From Octopus sinensis (lineage: Eukaryota), in contig NC_043006.1 in NCBI RefSeq assembly GCF_006345805.1, positions 13,082,001 through 13,146,000 of the forward strand: a DNA stretch of 64,000 nucleotides, given 5' to 3'. Shown piece after piece: positions 51,241-64,000 of this stretch (the first letter of the stretch is position 1; every line of letters starts with the position of its first letter). The position numbers were made by a program, and so were the translations under genes. Under the pieces are notes generated by a model. That model was not told the DNA's origin, ran no database searches, and worked only from the letters and a program-made list of their open reading frames with translations.

Positions 51241-52111
51241 ATGCGTGTGTGTGTAGATAAAGGCAGACTTACAAACATAAATACATGCATATACATTCAC
51301 AGAGACACAGAGACACACGTACACACACATGCGCACACATACATATAAATATCAAAGAGAAAATGTAAAAATAACACAAACGCTACAATTGGATATAATT
51401 TCTCTTTAGACTCTTGAGGAAATTAGTGTGAGCGTTTCTTCGGCGTTTATTCCAAATCGATTTCTTTTTTTCTGCATTTCAATGAAATTACTTGGTAAAC
51501 GATGAAAAACTAAAATTCCGAGACGCACTTAATCCATACATACAGCTTGGTTTACAATCTCCATAAACAAAATTTTAGATTCGCTGGAATCACATAACGA
51601 AGAAAGAAAATTATACATGGGCAGAAATACTTGGTAAATTTTACTTATACTGGAATATTAAACGAGTTAAGCTCGACGTTGACTCAAGAAGAAGATAAAA
51701 TTAATCTAACTACACCAATAGAGACGTACTGGCGTGTTAAAACAAAGAATTTGTGCTTGAAATAGGCAACACGAGCTGAGTTATATACTAACTAATGTTG
51801 CGCTGTCAGCGAAAGCCTCTTGAAAGGTACTCCTCGATCAATGCTTCTAAGATATATATATATATAATAAAATATTAGGGAATAAATCCAAACTTACAGG
51901 GAAAAATCAGATTTAGGATTAAATCCAATTTATAGTATAAATATATTATAGTGTTTTACTCTTTATCTTTTATTAAACTTTAATACTTTTGGTATATATT
52001 TAAAATAATATTAATTAAATAAATTTTATGTATTGGCTTATGTTTTTCATTGTTTGATTGCCTAATAGTGGTTTTATCTCTAATATATTATAATATAATA
52101 TTATATATATA

Positions 52112-52158
<47 letters not shown>

Positions 52159-52391
52159 GATATATATGCAATGTGTTTGTGTGCGTGTATGTGTGGGTGT
52201 GTGGTTTTGAAGTAGTATTCAGATTTTATATATTAAGGAAAAGGAAGTTGTGAGAATTTTGTATAATTATTTATTAAGCGCTTTCATTTTGTTTCAGAGA
52301 TTCATCAGGAATGATTGAATCTCTGTCACGTGACGAAAGCGACAATATTTTGACTCCCTCAATTTTCTTAATTTATACATGCATACATACA

Positions 52392-52777
52392 TAGGCGCAG
52401 GAGTGGCTGTGTGGTAAGTAGCTTGTTAACCAACCACATGGTTCCTGGTTCAGTCCCAATGCGTGGCATCTTGGGCAAGTATCTTCTGCTATAGCCCCGG
52501 GCCGACCAATGCTTTGTGAGTGGATTTGGTAGACGGAAACTGAAAGAAGCCTGTCGTATATATGTATATATATATGTATGTGTCTGTATGTGTTTGTGTG
52601 TCTGTGTTTGTCCCCCTAGCATTGCTTGACAACCGATGCTGGTGTGTTTACGTCCCCGTAACTTAGCGGTTCGGCAAAACAGACCGATAGAATAAGTACT
52701 GGGGTCGATTTGCTTGACTAAAGGCGGTGCTCCAGCATGGCCACAGTCAAATGACTGAAACAAGTAAAAGAGTAAAG
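52392..52777 (+). mobile_element. SINE family B
   Basis: Match with a short 3' internal deletion. Confidence 0.9.
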
Positions 52778-53038
52778 ACAGTATGACATACATACATATG
52801 ACATATGGCACCTTCAATATTGGACGTGCAGGTGTAGGGGTCGTTTAAAAAGTCCGTTTTGAATGCCTCCCTCAAGAAATAGGCTGACTTCTCCATTTTA
52901 AATCGGTAACTGTTTTATTTCTCCAATAATTAGTAAGAGAAACATATTTTCCTCACCAAGTAGCGTTATCCTAAACAGATTTTAAAATATACATCTACAC
53001 CACGTAGTATCTCGCTAACACAGTTATGGCTTAAACTG

Positions 53039-53422
53039 TGGAAGCACTCCATCGGTTACGACGACGAGGGTTCCGGTTGATCCGATCAACGGAACAGCCT
53101 GCTCGTGAAATTAACGTGTAAGTGGCTGAGCACTCCACAGACACGTGTACCCTTAACGTAGTTCTCGGGGATATTCAGCGTGACACAGAGAGTGACAAGG
53201 CCGGCCCTTTGAAATACAGGTACAACAGAAACAGGAAGTAAGAGTGAGAGAAAGTTGTGGTGAAAGAATACAGCAGGGATCACCACCATCCACTGCCGGA
53301 GCCTCGTGGAGCTTTTAGGTGTTTTCGCTCAATAAACACTCACAACGCCCGGTCTGGGAATTGAAACCGCGATCCTACGACCGCGAGTCTGCTGCCCTAA
53401 CCACTGGGCCATTGCGCCTCCA
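53039..53422 (-). mobile_element. SINE family A, full length
   Basis: TSD ATGGCTTAAACT. Confidence 0.92.
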
Positions 53423-53711
53423 TGGCTTAAACTAACAACACCACAGATGAAACTAACAACGTTACCACCGATGGAAACAGAACGACTTCACCAGTAAGTT
53501 ATTTAAGAAGACCTGAGTATTCTTCTCATTTTACCTGGACTCAACAACTAAACTAAGATTTACTTCGGTGCTATGAAAAGGCCCGAGATGACCTTTCAGT
53601 TGGATACATGAAGCAGTTTTAAACAATACTGGAACGAATCTCATCCCAACTTAAATAGCATCAAGGTGAAACAACTCTGACAACGAACGGCTCGTGCAAA
53701 AAATAAACAAA

Positions 53712-54120
53712 TAGCGCAGGAGTGGCTGTGTGGTAAGTAGCTTGCTAACCAACCACATGGTTCCGGGTTCAGTCCCACTGCGTGGCATCCTGGGCAAGTG
53801 TCTTCTGCTATAGCCCCGGGCCGACCAATGCCTTGTGAGTGGATTTGGTAGACGGAAACTGAAAGAAGCCTGTCGTATATATGTATTTATATAAGTGTGT
53901 GTGTTTGTGTGTGTGTCTGCATTTGTCCCCCCAAAATCGCTTGACAACCGATGCTGGGGTGTTTATGTCCCCGTAACTTAGCGGTTCGGCAAAGAGACCG
54001 AGAGAATAAGTACTAGGCTTACAAAGAATAAGTCCTGGGGTAGATTTGCTTGACTAAAGGCGGTACTCCAGCATGGCCGCAGTCAAATGACTGAAACAAG
54101 TAAAAGAGTAAAAGAGTAAA
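53712..54120 (+). mobile_element. SINE family B
   Basis: Full-length match. Confidence 0.9.
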
Positions 54121-54650
54121 TCAACTGGTTCGCGATCCTTCCAAAACGCCTGAGAATGAGCCAAAATATTCCCGTCAAAATCTCTGTCAAATGTAAACAT
54201 AACAGGCCGAATATTGTTGTTTGGGACAGAGGGGCAAAGGTATGTACCATCTTAGAGGTCAGCTGCCCTGCAGATATAAATATCTCTTTGAAAATCAAAG
54301 AAAGTGAGAATATTTATGGACAACTGATTCGAAACCACCATCTTCAATATCCAGACTACGAATTCATATTCATACCAACAATAATTGAATCACTAAGTTT
54401 TGTTAGTAAATACTTAAAGGGGAATCTGGATAAACTGGGATTTTCAGGAAGCGAAACTGACCAGCTAATTCGTGCATTACAAGTGCAATCTGTCAATGGA
54501 ACAGTAAAAATTTGTAAGACTTTTCCCAAGTACCAACTGTGAATTTGTCTGTGTTAACTACATCCCAAAGATGGAGCCTTGTATCTTTGTTGGAAGCCGG
54601 CTCCCTCTTCAGTGCTGGAATATTTATAATAATTAAAAAATAGAAGAGAC
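54121..54650 (+). mobile_element. 3' fragment of another RLE-type non-LTR retrotransposon (endonuclease domain + 3' UTR)
   Basis: ORF 54156..54542: KHNRPNIVVWD..ILEVSCP..IFIPTII..GTVKICKTF is a degenerate PD-(D/E)xK RLE pattern. Confidence 0.7.
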
Positions 54651-54669
54651 ATGCATACGGAGGCCTTAC

Positions 54670-54821
54670 CTTCTGAGTACTTTTACAGGGCTTCGAAAAA
54701 CTGAAGGACCGCTACAATAAGTGTGTGAATCTAAGAGGGAAATATGTTGAATAAAATCATGATTATCTGATCTTCCTCTACTTTCTTGTAAAAGCCAGCA
54801 ACTTTTCAGCACTCCCCCGTA
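54670..54821 (+). mobile_element. mariner 3' end remnant
   Basis: GFEKLKDRYNKCVNLRGKYVE* followed by TIR-like AACTTTTCAGCACTCCCCCG-TA. Confidence 0.65.
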
Positions 54822-54867
54822 TGTATATATATATATAATTATGTACACACACACACACATTCATATA

Positions 54868-55165
54868 GGTGTGTCCCCAAAAGCGCACGCGCCCATTGCA
54901 TTATTGTAAAATGTTTATCAAAATATATTTCCTCTTTCAAATCTTCAGACCGAACATAATTTTTTTTTATGAACACCAGTTTATAAACTGATGCCCATTC
55001 TAGACCTGGCACGGTTGATTACGCGCAGCAATGGAATCGCAAGCATCAAGAATTAAAATATTTCGTTCGGTATTTATGCCCATTCTCTTCAATCGCTCTC
55101 ATCAATTCTTCGATTGCTGCCAGTTTTGTACTGTAAACTTTACCACCTAAGCATTTAAATAAAAC
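54868..55165 (-). mobile_element. Decayed Tc1/mariner 3' remnant
   Basis: Minus-strand LGGKVYSTKLAAIEELMRAIEE resembles the post-catalytic helix of Tc1/mariner transposases. Confidence 0.45.
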
Positions 55166-55392
55166 TAGCAATGTAAGGCTCCGTGAAGGCGGAGGGTACA
55201 TTCTAGTCAACCTCACCGTCAAAATACCAATGGCAAGATATCATCCAAACACATATTTGGTAAAACATTGTCGAAATACGTTTGACAAAATGTAAGGGCT
55301 TAGCTTATATAGAAATGTAAGGGAAGGCAATACATTAAAATGGTAATGCTGAGATGCCCTTTCTAGCTGGAAATAAAACTCCACATCTTTTT

Positions 55393-55773
55393 TGGAAGCA
55401 CTCCGTCGGTTACGACGACAAGGGTTCCGGTTGATCCGAATCAACGGAACAGCCTGCTCGTGAAATTAACGTGTAAGTGGCTGAGCACTCCACAGACACG
55501 TGTACCCTTAACGTAGTTCTCGGGGATATTCAGCGTGACACAGAGAGTGACAAGGCCGGCCCTTTGAAATACAGGTACAACAGAAACAGGAAGTAAGAGT
55601 GAGAGAAAGTTGTGGTGAAAGAGTACAGCAGGGATCACCACCATCCCTGCCGGAGCCTCGTGGAGCTTTAGGTGTTTTCGCTCAATAAACACTCACAACG
55701 CTCGGTCTGGGAATCGAAACCGCGATCCTATGACCGCGAGTCCGCTGCCCTAACCACTGGGCCATTGCGCCTC
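55393..55773 (-). mobile_element. SINE family A, full length
   Basis: TSD AAAACTCCACATC. Confidence 0.92.
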
Positions 55774-56440
55774 AAAACTCCACATCACTGAAGTTCTCTT
55801 AAACGCTTGACAAAATATTGCATTGCAGCAACTTCGAGTAAATATGAACAGTCACGGTTCTATCAAAAAGAATCACGTGATTAATTCTCTTGGTAAGACT
55901 TTTGCTGTAACTCCTGATAAATTAACATGATATAACAGGCGGATTGTCAAGTTATCAAATGTGTAATGTTAGCGCATAAATGATTCATTTAATTTTAAAG
56001 TTTCCGCATTACTACAAACAAACCTTTATCCATCTCCTACGCATTTTGAAAAGTATCACTCACCAACAATTTCCGTGAGAGCATGGACACTTCTTGGGAT
56101 TTAAAGTTTCAAATAACAGCACTTCAAAATGCGATGAACGCTTGATTTTGAAATTCCTGTCTCAAAATGCGCTTTCTACGCAGATCTTCTTGAATTATGG
56201 AAATACGTTTCTTCTACCATTTTTACCTCCGCCAAATAAGGTTATGTTCTCATCGGCGTTGGTTTGTCCGTCTGTCCGTCTATGTGCAAACTAACTCCAA
56301 AAGTTGTGAACGGTATATAATGAAACTTGCAGGAAATGTTGGTGATGACACTAGAAACAGATAATGAAATTTTGGTAGTGATCTGAGAATGTTTATGGAT
56401 TCTTGACAGATTTTTCATTTGTTATTCTTCTTCTTCTTCT

Positions 56441-56835
56441 TCTTTTCTTCTACTTGTTTCAGTCATTTGACTGCGGCCATGCTGGAGCACCACCTTTAGT
56501 CGAGCAAATCGACCCCGGGACTTATTCTTGTAAGCCCAGTACTTATTCTATCGGTCTCTTTTGCCGAACCGCTAAGTGACGGGGAAGTAAACACACAGCA
56601 TCGGTTGTCAAGCAATGCTAGGGGGACAAACACAGACATACACCACACACATATATATATATACATATATACGACAGGCTTCTTTCAGTTTCCGTCTACC
56701 AAATCCACTCACAAGGCATTGGTCGGCCCGGGGCTATAGCAGAAGACACTTGCCCAATATGCCACCCAGTGGGACTGAACCCGGAACCATGTGGTTGGTT
56801 AGCAAGCTACTTACCACACAGCCACTCCTGCGCCT
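56441..56835 (-). mobile_element. SINE family B
   Basis: Full-length reverse-complement match. Confidence 0.9.
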
Positions 56836-57237
56836 GTTATATTTACTTTACCTGAAGTATTACAATGTTACGTTCTTTGATTGTCTCCCTTAAAAACACG
56901 TTCTGCTTTAAACTTACCTTTAATTCGACTTATGGTAACTCGCGTAGATGGAGCTCTTTAGAACTCACCCATTAAACTGCCATTAAATTTTGACTGCGTT
57001 TTCAAACTTCCTGTAGCACCTTAGAATAAACTTCCTTTATTCAAAGCTTAGTCTGGTGCCGTTCATTATTTCTAATAAGTTAGACCAAAAAATTAATTAA
57101 GATTAAGTGAGTCATCAGTTGTGAAAACGGGTATACTGCTTTGAGGGACACCTTGTCAATACATATATACATACACACATACATACATAATACTATATAT
57201 ATATTATATATGTGCATATATATATATATATGCTTAA

Positions 57238-57335
<98 letters not shown>

Positions 57336-57424
57336 TATATATATATATAATATATATATATATGCATATGTATATACATAGATATATATGTGGGTGTGTA
57401 CAAAAATATATATGTATATCTACA

Positions 57425-57506
<82 letters not shown>

Positions 57507-58727
57507 CTATACCTTATATTCTTGCAACGAAAGTTACTTTGAAAGTCTCAATATGAAAAGAAACAACTCTCCATTTGTTGGAATCAGATTATTTTTAATA
57601 AAGAGCACATTTTCGCTTCTTCAAATCTAATAACTTCTTGGTAATTATCGTATTCCAGCTGCTACAATCAAACAATACACCACTAAGCAGATATTTGTCT
57701 TCACCAAACCGTTAAAACAAACTCTGCTGTTATACTACAATCATACACTTCTTACCCTTCACACTAAACCTTTTGTAACTTGTCTGAATGGCTTCCAGTA
57801 TAAACAAAACATTTCTGATTAATATTTACTTGAACAAAGCAGCAATCAACGAGCAAAAAAAACGGTTAAGCTTCGCTCTAAACTCAGTAATATCTCTTAG
57901 TTTTGTCTCTCTCTTTTTTTTCTTTTGTTGTTGTTTTTACTAAGTTGAAATTATATCATAGTCAACATTATTTTCAGTTACAAAGATCTTAATCTTTGAA
58001 ACCCAAACTTGTCTCTGGATCGATTTCATCGGCAGTTTCATTCAGAAATATATATATATATATTAGTAAAAACGGTAAGATAACAAAAGAAAGAAAGAGA
58101 CCTCAATATTATGTAAATAGAGGAAATTTATCTATAAAATAATATGTTACATTTACTCAATAGTCAAGATAAAACTCTGAGTTTCAGATGCCGAAGTGGA
58201 AATCCACAACACCATCTCTTCGTTTATCTGGCCAACTGAAAAACGCTATGAAAAAGTACCGTTATATAAAGGGAAATTACCGTGTTATAATTCTGCTCGC
58301 GAACCCACGTGCGTACTTATACGTCACTATGAAAACGTACACATCTTCACCCGCATTTTTCGCCAAATATATACGCATATATACAAACTCATACACACAC
58401 ACATGCGTACCGTAAAAGTTCATACATACGTCTATATACGCACAAGTACAAGAAAAATCATGGTTAAAGGTAACAGGAAAAAACATAAGGAAGTATACAA
58501 AGCATAAAAACCATGTTCATATATGGACATGCCCCTATGCACTCATACACACACACACGCCCATATGTACATACCCGCACATATTTATATACGCATACAT
58601 ACACACGCATATACAAAAAATGAATATACATATGTCCCCCACCAAAAAAAAATGGAAAAATACTAAGTAAAAACGTCTATATATATATGTGCATTCTTAT
58701 GCCCGCACACATAATATATATATAATT

Positions 58728-58876
58728 TTATAATTATGAGTATAATTATAATTAGGATTCAGCAAAAATTTGCTTCACCACATACCGAAACTTAGAAATA
58801 GCTGTAAAAACTAACTATTTCATTGGTGAAGCAAATTTTTGCTGAACCCTAATTATAATTATACTCAGAATTATAA
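58728..58876. repeat. Inverted repeat (53-bp arms, 43-bp spacer)
   Basis: 58728-58780 vs 58824-58876, about 2 mismatches. Confidence 0.9.
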
Positions 58877-59504
58877 GATTTTATGTATAGGTTTACCGAT
58901 AATGGTTCTTTTAACATACCGAACTACTTGGTAAAATTATTAATTATCAATTAGTTAATTAATTTCACCCTTTATTATATATATATATAGCCCACAGATG
59001 AGATTCATAGATCCTGAGTATAGAAGGTAGTAGTACTCAAAAAGAGACAAACTTAGACGCCGAATTCTTTACAGGGGATCCATTCCACAGAGTAAGGAGT
59101 GTCTGTAAGAGGGATCCAGTTAAACGGATATAAGATATAGAGGCAATTTTGCGGATAAACAAAATAAATATTTTGAATATAACATACTAGTTTGGATTTG
59201 AAACAAAATATGCATATATGAATAAAGGAAAAACGAGAGAAAGCAAAAGATGGAGACATTATTCAGACGATTAATATTTAAGTACAAGTATATATATACA
59301 TTCATATTAACAGATTCAACTTACATTGAGTACAAACGACAGAAAAAAATAAGGAGGTGGAAGAAAGGTATTATAAATTCAACAGCTATTTCTGGGGCTG
59401 GGTGATCCATGATAATGTTGGTAGATGTTGTTCATCTCAATATTCAGCCGTATGTTAATTGCATCCATTACAGCCGCTTCTATTTATCTAGCTAGCTAGC
59501 TAGC

Positions 59505-59572
<68 letters not shown>

Positions 59573-61308
59573 AAAACAGGCAAGTGAATATATATACACA
59601 CACATACATACATTCATGCATACATACATATATACATACATACATTCACATATCGGGCCCGGGATACGTAACGCACTGCCTAAATACCAATCTTGAGAAA
59701 TTAAGCTTCTTAAAACCAGAAAGGAGAAAGCTAATTCGAAGACTACAGATCCAATCCATCACTTGAACTGTAAAAATCTGTAAAACTTTCCATAAGTTTA
59801 TCATTTAAGTATACAAGATATGCAAGTATATGCATGAGAATACATGCATACAGCAAAACATACAAATTTGCACATATACATACAAACAAAAATACCCTGT
59901 GGTTGATGTTGAAATTCCAATGAAGGAACCTTGGATCTAGGTTAGAAACCAGCTCTTTATTGCCAAGAAATCTTGAAATAAAACTGAACAATGACATACA
60001 TACATAAACGACGAATGGATCTCGCTGCATCTTCACTGCTGTGATCTTCAATGTTCTGATTCATCTCGAAAGCCAAGCCCGACTTTTCCTGTTATAGTTT
60101 CATGTTTAATTTCATGTATAAAATGTGATTACATGTTTTAAATTATGATTAACATTTGTACAATGGAGACTAGACCTTCTCCTTCTCTACAAATTTTCTC
60201 TGCAACTGAAGAAAAGAAGTAAGTTGCATTAAGGATGTCGCTATCTTCTGAGATCTGGCCCAAGTTTCACTATGCAAAAGTAATTGGTTCCATGGAAAAC
60301 GATATAATTAAGAATTGAATTAAGAAATTAAGAGTCAAGACTATTGAAAAGGTTGCAAGACGCAACGAAAATTTTAAGAGAATAAAAATATGAAATAAGT
60401 GGAAATTTTGCCGGTGAGTGTGTTACATTGTAAGGCACAAAAAGAAAATGACTCTCCCCAGACACAACAGAATATGCTTGAACACACAAACTCATATAAA
60501 GAATCTTGCAAACCAAATCCAAAAACGAAATAAGAATGAATGTTTTAGAGGAAAAGAAGACGCCTTTACAACTGCGAAACCTTTAGCAAATTTTCCCAGA
60601 GGATTTCGTAAACCGATCACAACTAGACTATCCATCTGGATAAAGTACACGATTAATGATTTGTGTGTGTGTGTGTGATAACCGTGTTCTTACTCTCCCT
60701 ATTAAATCTGACACTACTCTGTCAATTGTGATTCGTATAAATGTAACACAATAGTTTGTTGTTATTGTTCGAAGCAATGACTGCTCCGTGCATAGAAACT
60801 CAATTCCTTCGAGACTAAAATCTAGACTAAACACCTCATAGACTTGCAGACACAACAATACACAGGTGTGAAATGTGATCGATTGTCATAGCAACTGTGA
60901 AACTGCAGCACTTGACTTTTCTTATATCGCTAAAGCATTTTCTGTTCTGAAATATTGACTCGACTGTGTGTTGCATATAAATTTAGATTGACTTCTCCGC
61001 TAAAAAAAAAACAAACAGTAGATGTTAGTATTATCTTAACTTAGGATTAGGCGCCGGAATGACAGAATCGTTAGCGACGTCGGGGGAAAATACATATCGG
61101 CATTCGTCTTTACGTTCTTAGTTCAAATCACACCAAATTCAACGTTGCCGTTCATCCTTTCAGGGTAGATACAACAATTATTAGTTGAGGGCTGGGATCG
61201 AGGAAATCGATATGCCCTTCCATTTGAAATTATGGAGAATGTAAATGGTTCAGTTTACGTAATCTCGTAGGACGATACCCATTAATAACTGTCACTTAAC
61301 ATTATTAT

Positions 61309-61858
61309 TGAGTGAGAGAGCAGTGCATGCCATCAAAGTGACACTGGGGTAAAATATACGAAGCCCAGTATATCCAAAATGACTATCCGTCTCAGAGTAC
61401 ACCAGGCACATGCATCACAACCATATGTGCGCGACATGGTGACTTACGGTAAGTTAAATAGCACCTGACCTTGCAGGTGGGGCCCAGTTAGAATTTCGTT
61501 CGGGTTGAATAGCCCATCCCGCTCAAAAGGTCCCTGAACAAAGGCTTTTTAAGGATGTTGAAAGAACCACCCATGTTTCCACAGATGAATTATCCAAATC
61601 CTAAATAATTCATTTCAACAATTGGCTATCATGCTCCCCCACTACTTCTGCTCGTGATCAGAGATGCACATATCGTCAGCCACTAAGGGACATGCTCAAC
61701 TGGTTAAGGTCAAACAACCGACAAGCAAATCTGTGGTATTGAGCAGAATATTTGCTGTAGCCCATCTTTTATACCAAGACAAAACAATGTACATGATAAC
61801 ACAATCAGTTAAGATGAGAAGCCATGAAAGTCATTGCCTGATACTGCATCAGAGTATT
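61309..61858 (-). mobile_element. Family E copy 6 (diverged, short AAT tail)
   Basis: Homology to family E along its length. Confidence 0.75.
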
Positions 61859-62070
61859 CATAATTATTACTATTATTGCTATGTTGGTTTCAAGGTGGAA
61901 TGGACCATGTAATTCCATAAGTATGGTTCCTTCTCTCTCGTCGGCTATTCATGATCGAAATTCATGAGCACTCTCAAATCGATTTTTGTTAACTCTTTCT
62001 GCACTAGCAGCATAGTGTAGCAGTTCTTCACCTTCTTCTTCTTCTTCTTCTTCTTATTATTATTATTATA

Positions 62071-62106
<36 letters not shown>

Positions 62107-62328
62107 GTTGTTGTTGTTGTTGTGTTGTTGTTGTTGTTGTGTTGTTGTTGTTGCTGCTGTTGTTGTTGTAAACATGTTGATATATATACATATACGGTTA
62201 TCAATTTGTATTGCAAGATTCCTGATGTGAAATCGTGTGTTGAAACCGATCTTGTATTTCGGGATATTCTTTTTTTTTTGTTCTTTTTGTGCTAAATAAA
62301 CACATGCTCTATATATATATTTACCCTA

Positions 62329-62552
62329 CACTCGTTTATTACAGTTCGTATTTTATTATTTTAACTCATGTCTATTGCCCGGAAAGTTTTCGTCACACAT
62401 TTGTGACCTCTTCAGTGACACTTTTCGTTTTCGTGTGTGTTCTTGCTCCACAACGAAAAGAGTCGCAGAAGAGGTCACAAATGTGTGATAAACAATATCT
62501 GGGCAATATACATGAGTTAAAATAATCAAATAAGAACACTAATAAACGAGTG
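62329..62552. repeat. Imperfect inverted repeat (arms about 100 bp)
   Basis: 62329-62429 vs 62452-62552. Confidence 0.85.
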
Positions 62553-62585
62553 AAGAATAAATATAGTGCGTGTGTTAATTTGGCA

Positions 62586-62631
<46 letters not shown>

Positions 62632-63370
62632 ATTCGTACGTGTTATTTAGGCAATTAGTTTCTTGATGATAATGACATTGTTGTCTTTCGTTCTTTCGTT
62701 CCTAACAGAAATATTTGAGATATTAGAAGCCTCTTCAGACTAGAAATAGACAATGAATTTGTCAATATAGCTTGCTTGCACCAGCTGTAAGCGCTAAATA
62801 ATATATTGTATTTTTATATTGGATTGTCGCATCTTTATGAAATAACCGTATAAAAGACACTACCGCTATTGCTGCTGCTGCTGCTGCTGCTGTTTTTGTT
62901 GCTGCAACGCTTTTTCTTTTTGCTGCTATTTAGCCCAAGGTAAGTTCTGATCAAGGAGATCTCTGATTAATAACGTGGCCTCCATTAATAGCCAGCATAT
63001 TTTATTTCCTCTTTCCTTTACTGCTCTTTCACATTTATTGTAGATAGTATTACGCTGTCTTATGTGTTCCATGCAGTTTATTATTGAGTGGTTAGAGCAG
63101 GGCTCGCACTTATTTTTCCTTTTTTTTTCTTGTTTTCGTTTGCTTTCTCCTAATTTTATCAGTCGGTGGAAATTCGGTCCCACTAGAATACCCTGCAGAA
63201 AGATTTTATCGAACATTTCTAAATCCAGTAATTGTTCTCTCGGTAGAATTTTATGGAACTCTTAATTCATGGAACGTAAAGCATTCATCAAGCTGTAGGG
63301 CAGGACCAAGCACAAACACAAAGATATACACACATAGATACATACATAAATACACGCACACCTACATATA

Positions 63371-63529
63371 TAGGTGCGGCTGTGTGGTAAGAAGATTGCT
63401 TCCCAGCCACATGATTCTGGGTTCGATCTTACTGCGTGGCATGTTGGGAAAGTGTCTTCTACTATAGCCTCGGGTCAACCAAAGTCTTGTGAGTGGATTT
63501 AATATATAGGAACTGAAAGAAGCCCGTCG

Positions 63530-63583
<54 letters not shown>

Positions 63584-63771
63584 CCATGTAAATCGTTAGC
63601 CACTACACACATATTTTCTCTCCTTGTTTTTTTTTTCTGTGTCCCTTTCTGTAGAAGAGCGTAGGCTCGAAACGTAAAAGACTTTTTCTATTCCTGAGCG
63701 TTATACTAATACATCTGTTTAATTTTGTATACCACCTGTCCTCGACTTTTGTTTTTTTCGTAAACTCTTCC

Positions 63772-63807
<36 letters not shown>

Positions 63808-64000
63808 CTTAAATCTGTATGTGTGTGTTTGTTTGTCCTTCCATCACGGCTTCAAAACCGGTGCTGGTGTGTTTACGTCTACGTAACTCGACCGTTCGTC
63901 AAAATACCGATAGAATAAGTACTAGGCTTTAAAAAAGTAAGTCCTGGTGTAGATTTGATCGACCAAAACATTTTAAGACAATGCTCCAGCATGACTGTAG
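63371..64000 (+). mobile_element. Older SINE family B split by an HHR-bearing insert; runs off the window
   Basis: Head 63371-63532, insert about 63582-63775, tail 63810-64000. Confidence 0.8.
63645..63680 (+). ncRNA. Minimal Penelope-type hammerhead motif, core A6>U
   Basis: CTTT-CTGTAGA-A-GAGC-GTAG-GCTC-GAAA-CG-TA-AAAG. Confidence 0.6.

Noticed and set aside
54585-54616. Minus-strand CTGAAGA followed by a GGGAG/CTTCC hairpin
   Set aside because: GAAA is replaced by AACA and there is no stem I or III, so it is not a hammerhead.

Overview
Very AT-rich, microsatellite-saturated eukaryotic genomic DNA. The SINE families and repeat landscape point to a coleoid cephalopod, most likely Octopus (inference). 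I recognise no complete host gene; only a few low-confidence exon candidates are visible. The window is dominated by mobile DNA: (1) a young, 5'-truncated Tx1/L1-clade retrotransposon (8.9-11.9 kb, RT ORF with one premature stop); (2) R4/Dong-type RLE retrotransposon fragments and a ~530-bp non-coding AAT-tailed element, all inside (ATT)n arrays; (3) three abundant tRNA-derived SINE families; (4) maT/Tc1/mariner remnants, Helitron-like elements and a MITE; (5) a set of type I hammerhead ribozyme (HHR) motifs from several unrelated short elements, probably Penelope-like or retrozyme-like, mostly next to (TA)n and often in fold-back arrangements. The best leads are a canonical HHR at 38468-38555, a 38-nt sister copy at 16231-16268 that starts exactly at its predicted cleavage site, a ~390-bp palindrome with an HHR on each strand (18.8-19.2 kb), and reiterated 5' junctions shared by the Dong-type LINEs and the AAT-tailed element. 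Nearly all ORFs in the supplied track are microsatellite or SINE artefacts. All folding, alignment and family assignment was done by eye; no database search was run.
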